Virus record (IMG/VR): IMGVR_UViG_3300028558_000016
Location: 406,014 to 470,013 of that record
Length of the DNA: 64,000 nt
Direction: 5' to 3' (one strand)
Source of the DNA: a virus
In this document: one piece after another, positions 63,349 through 64,000 of the stretch
Layout of the letters: each line of letters opens with the position of its first letter
Numbering within the stretch: position 1 is the stretch's first letter
Notes under the pieces: generated by a model
What the model was told of the DNA's origin: nothing
Databases searched by the model: none
The model's input: the letters and a program-made list of their open reading frames with translations, nothing else
Program-made: the position numbers and the translations under genes

Positions 63349-63633
63349 TTATTTCAATTCAAATAATTTTACGAACTTTTTAAGTTCTCCTGAATCTCCT
63401 TCAGAATTTTTGCTTATTACAAGTACCATATTATCCGTAACGAATTGTGCATCACAGTTTGCTTGTTCAGCAACGGATCTAATCCATTTTACTTTATTTG
63501 GAATGTTCTTATTGTTAGACAAGTAAAGAACTATAGCATTATCGTATCCTGAAATCTCTTCAGATGTTTGATAACTGTTTTGTGAACCTTCATTTAGTTC
63601 ATTTAGTTCATTGAAGTTCTTAATGTTTTTCAT
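63349..63633 (-). CDS. family member (MKNIKNFNELNE)
   Basis: Conserved N-terminal motif. Confidence 0.55.
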   Translation of the reverse strand: MKNIKNFNELNELNEGSQNSYQTSEEISGYDNAIVLYLSNNKNIPNKVKWIRSVAEQANCDAQFVTDNMVLVISKNSEGDSGELKKFVKLFELK

Positions 63634-63892
63634 AGTTCTTCATTTTATTTTCGTAATCATTGATTTGCTCCATTGACAACCATTCAGGCTTTTCTTTTAA
63701 AGCATTCCATATCTTTTTCATTTCAGCGATCTGTTTTTCAACAGACCCTTGATGTAAAACTCTTTCAGAACCTTTTCCATAATTCAAGAAATATTCACAA
63801 TCTGATTGTAATCTATTAAGCATCATGTAATCAAATTCTGTACCTTCGTTTAAAAATGCTTCGTATAATTTTATATTCTTCATGGATGTCAA
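63620..63892 (-). CDS. family member (MTSMKNIKLYEAFLNE)
   Basis: Conserved N-terminal motif. Confidence 0.5.
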   Translation of the reverse strand: MTSMKNIKLYEAFLNEGTEFDYMMLNRLQSDCEYFLNYGKGSERVLHQGSVEKQIAEMKKIWNALKEKPEWLSMEQINDYENKMKNYEKH

Positions 63893-63904
63893 TTTATTTC
63901 TATC

Positions 63905-63939
63905 AAAAAAGGCGAAGAGAATTCTCCCCTCGCCTTTTT
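63905..63939. terminator. bidirectional hairpin terminator-like element upstream of the array
   Basis: AAAAAA-GGCGAAGAGAATTCTCCCCTCGCC-TTTTT. Confidence 0.5.
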
Positions 63940-64000
63940 AGCTTTTTTGTTAGTTATGTGATTACGCGATTGTAAATCCACCAGATGCAATTGCACCTGT

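Larger units (their letters stand above)
51755..63892 (-). repeat. quasi-periodic repeat of gene 5' ends (about 24 nt, ATGAAACACATTAAACTATTTGAA and variants) at every gene start of the array
   Basis: About 30 near-identical occurrences of TTCAAATAGTTTAATGTGTTTCAT on the + strand, spaced 180–1000 bp apart. Confidence 0.7.

Noticed and set aside
51755-63892. CRISPR-like periodic repeats
   Set aside because: The repeats are the conserved 5' codons of protein-coding genes with variable spacing (180–1000 bp), not short direct repeats with uniform spacers, and no cas genes are present.

Overview
This window looks like part of a large, AT-rich bacteriophage genome. A rough by-eye estimate puts GC at about one third. 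Promoter boxes of the Bacteroidota TAnnTTTG type suggest a Bacteroidota (Flavobacteriia-like) host. The T4 gp19-like tail tube gene, dCMP deaminase, CobS/CobT-like pair, many tRNAs and the leader-bearing small-protein array give it a T4-like flavour.

The window has two convergent blocks that meet at about 34.04 kb.

The rightward (+) block runs from 1 to 34 kb and carries auxiliary and translation-related genes:
- an ADP-ribosylglycohydrolase next to a small Walker-A ATPase;
- a CoaB-like ligase fused to a class II aldolase domain, and a CoaE-like kinase;
- HAD phosphatase, NUDIX hydrolase and MoxR/VWA (CobS/CobT-like) genes;
- about 13 tRNA or tRNA-like genes, several with non-canonical architecture, sitting directly upstream of compact HisRS-, TrpRS- and ArgRS-like genes;
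- a protein with a ribosomal bL12 C-terminal domain, and a lysine-rich histone H1-like protein;
- an 838-aa major-vault-protein (MVP) homologue.

The leftward (−) block runs from 34 to 64 kb. It carries lysis genes (GH73 glucosaminidase, SLT transglycosylase), a sigma-70/ECF-family sigma factor, dCMP deaminase, a PD-(D/E)xK nuclease, a 1119-aa repeat-containing multi-transmembrane protein and a VWA protein. It also carries about 30 tandem small genes that all begin with the leader MKHIKLFENFLNE and are otherwise highly diverged. This family occupies 51.7–63.9 kb, and further members are scattered elsewhere in the window.

The two most striking features are the leader-bearing paralogue array and the cluster of compact synthetase-like genes with atypical cognate tRNAs alongside the MVP and bL12-CTD genes. 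All calls rest on reading motifs by eye; no database searches or structure predictions were run.
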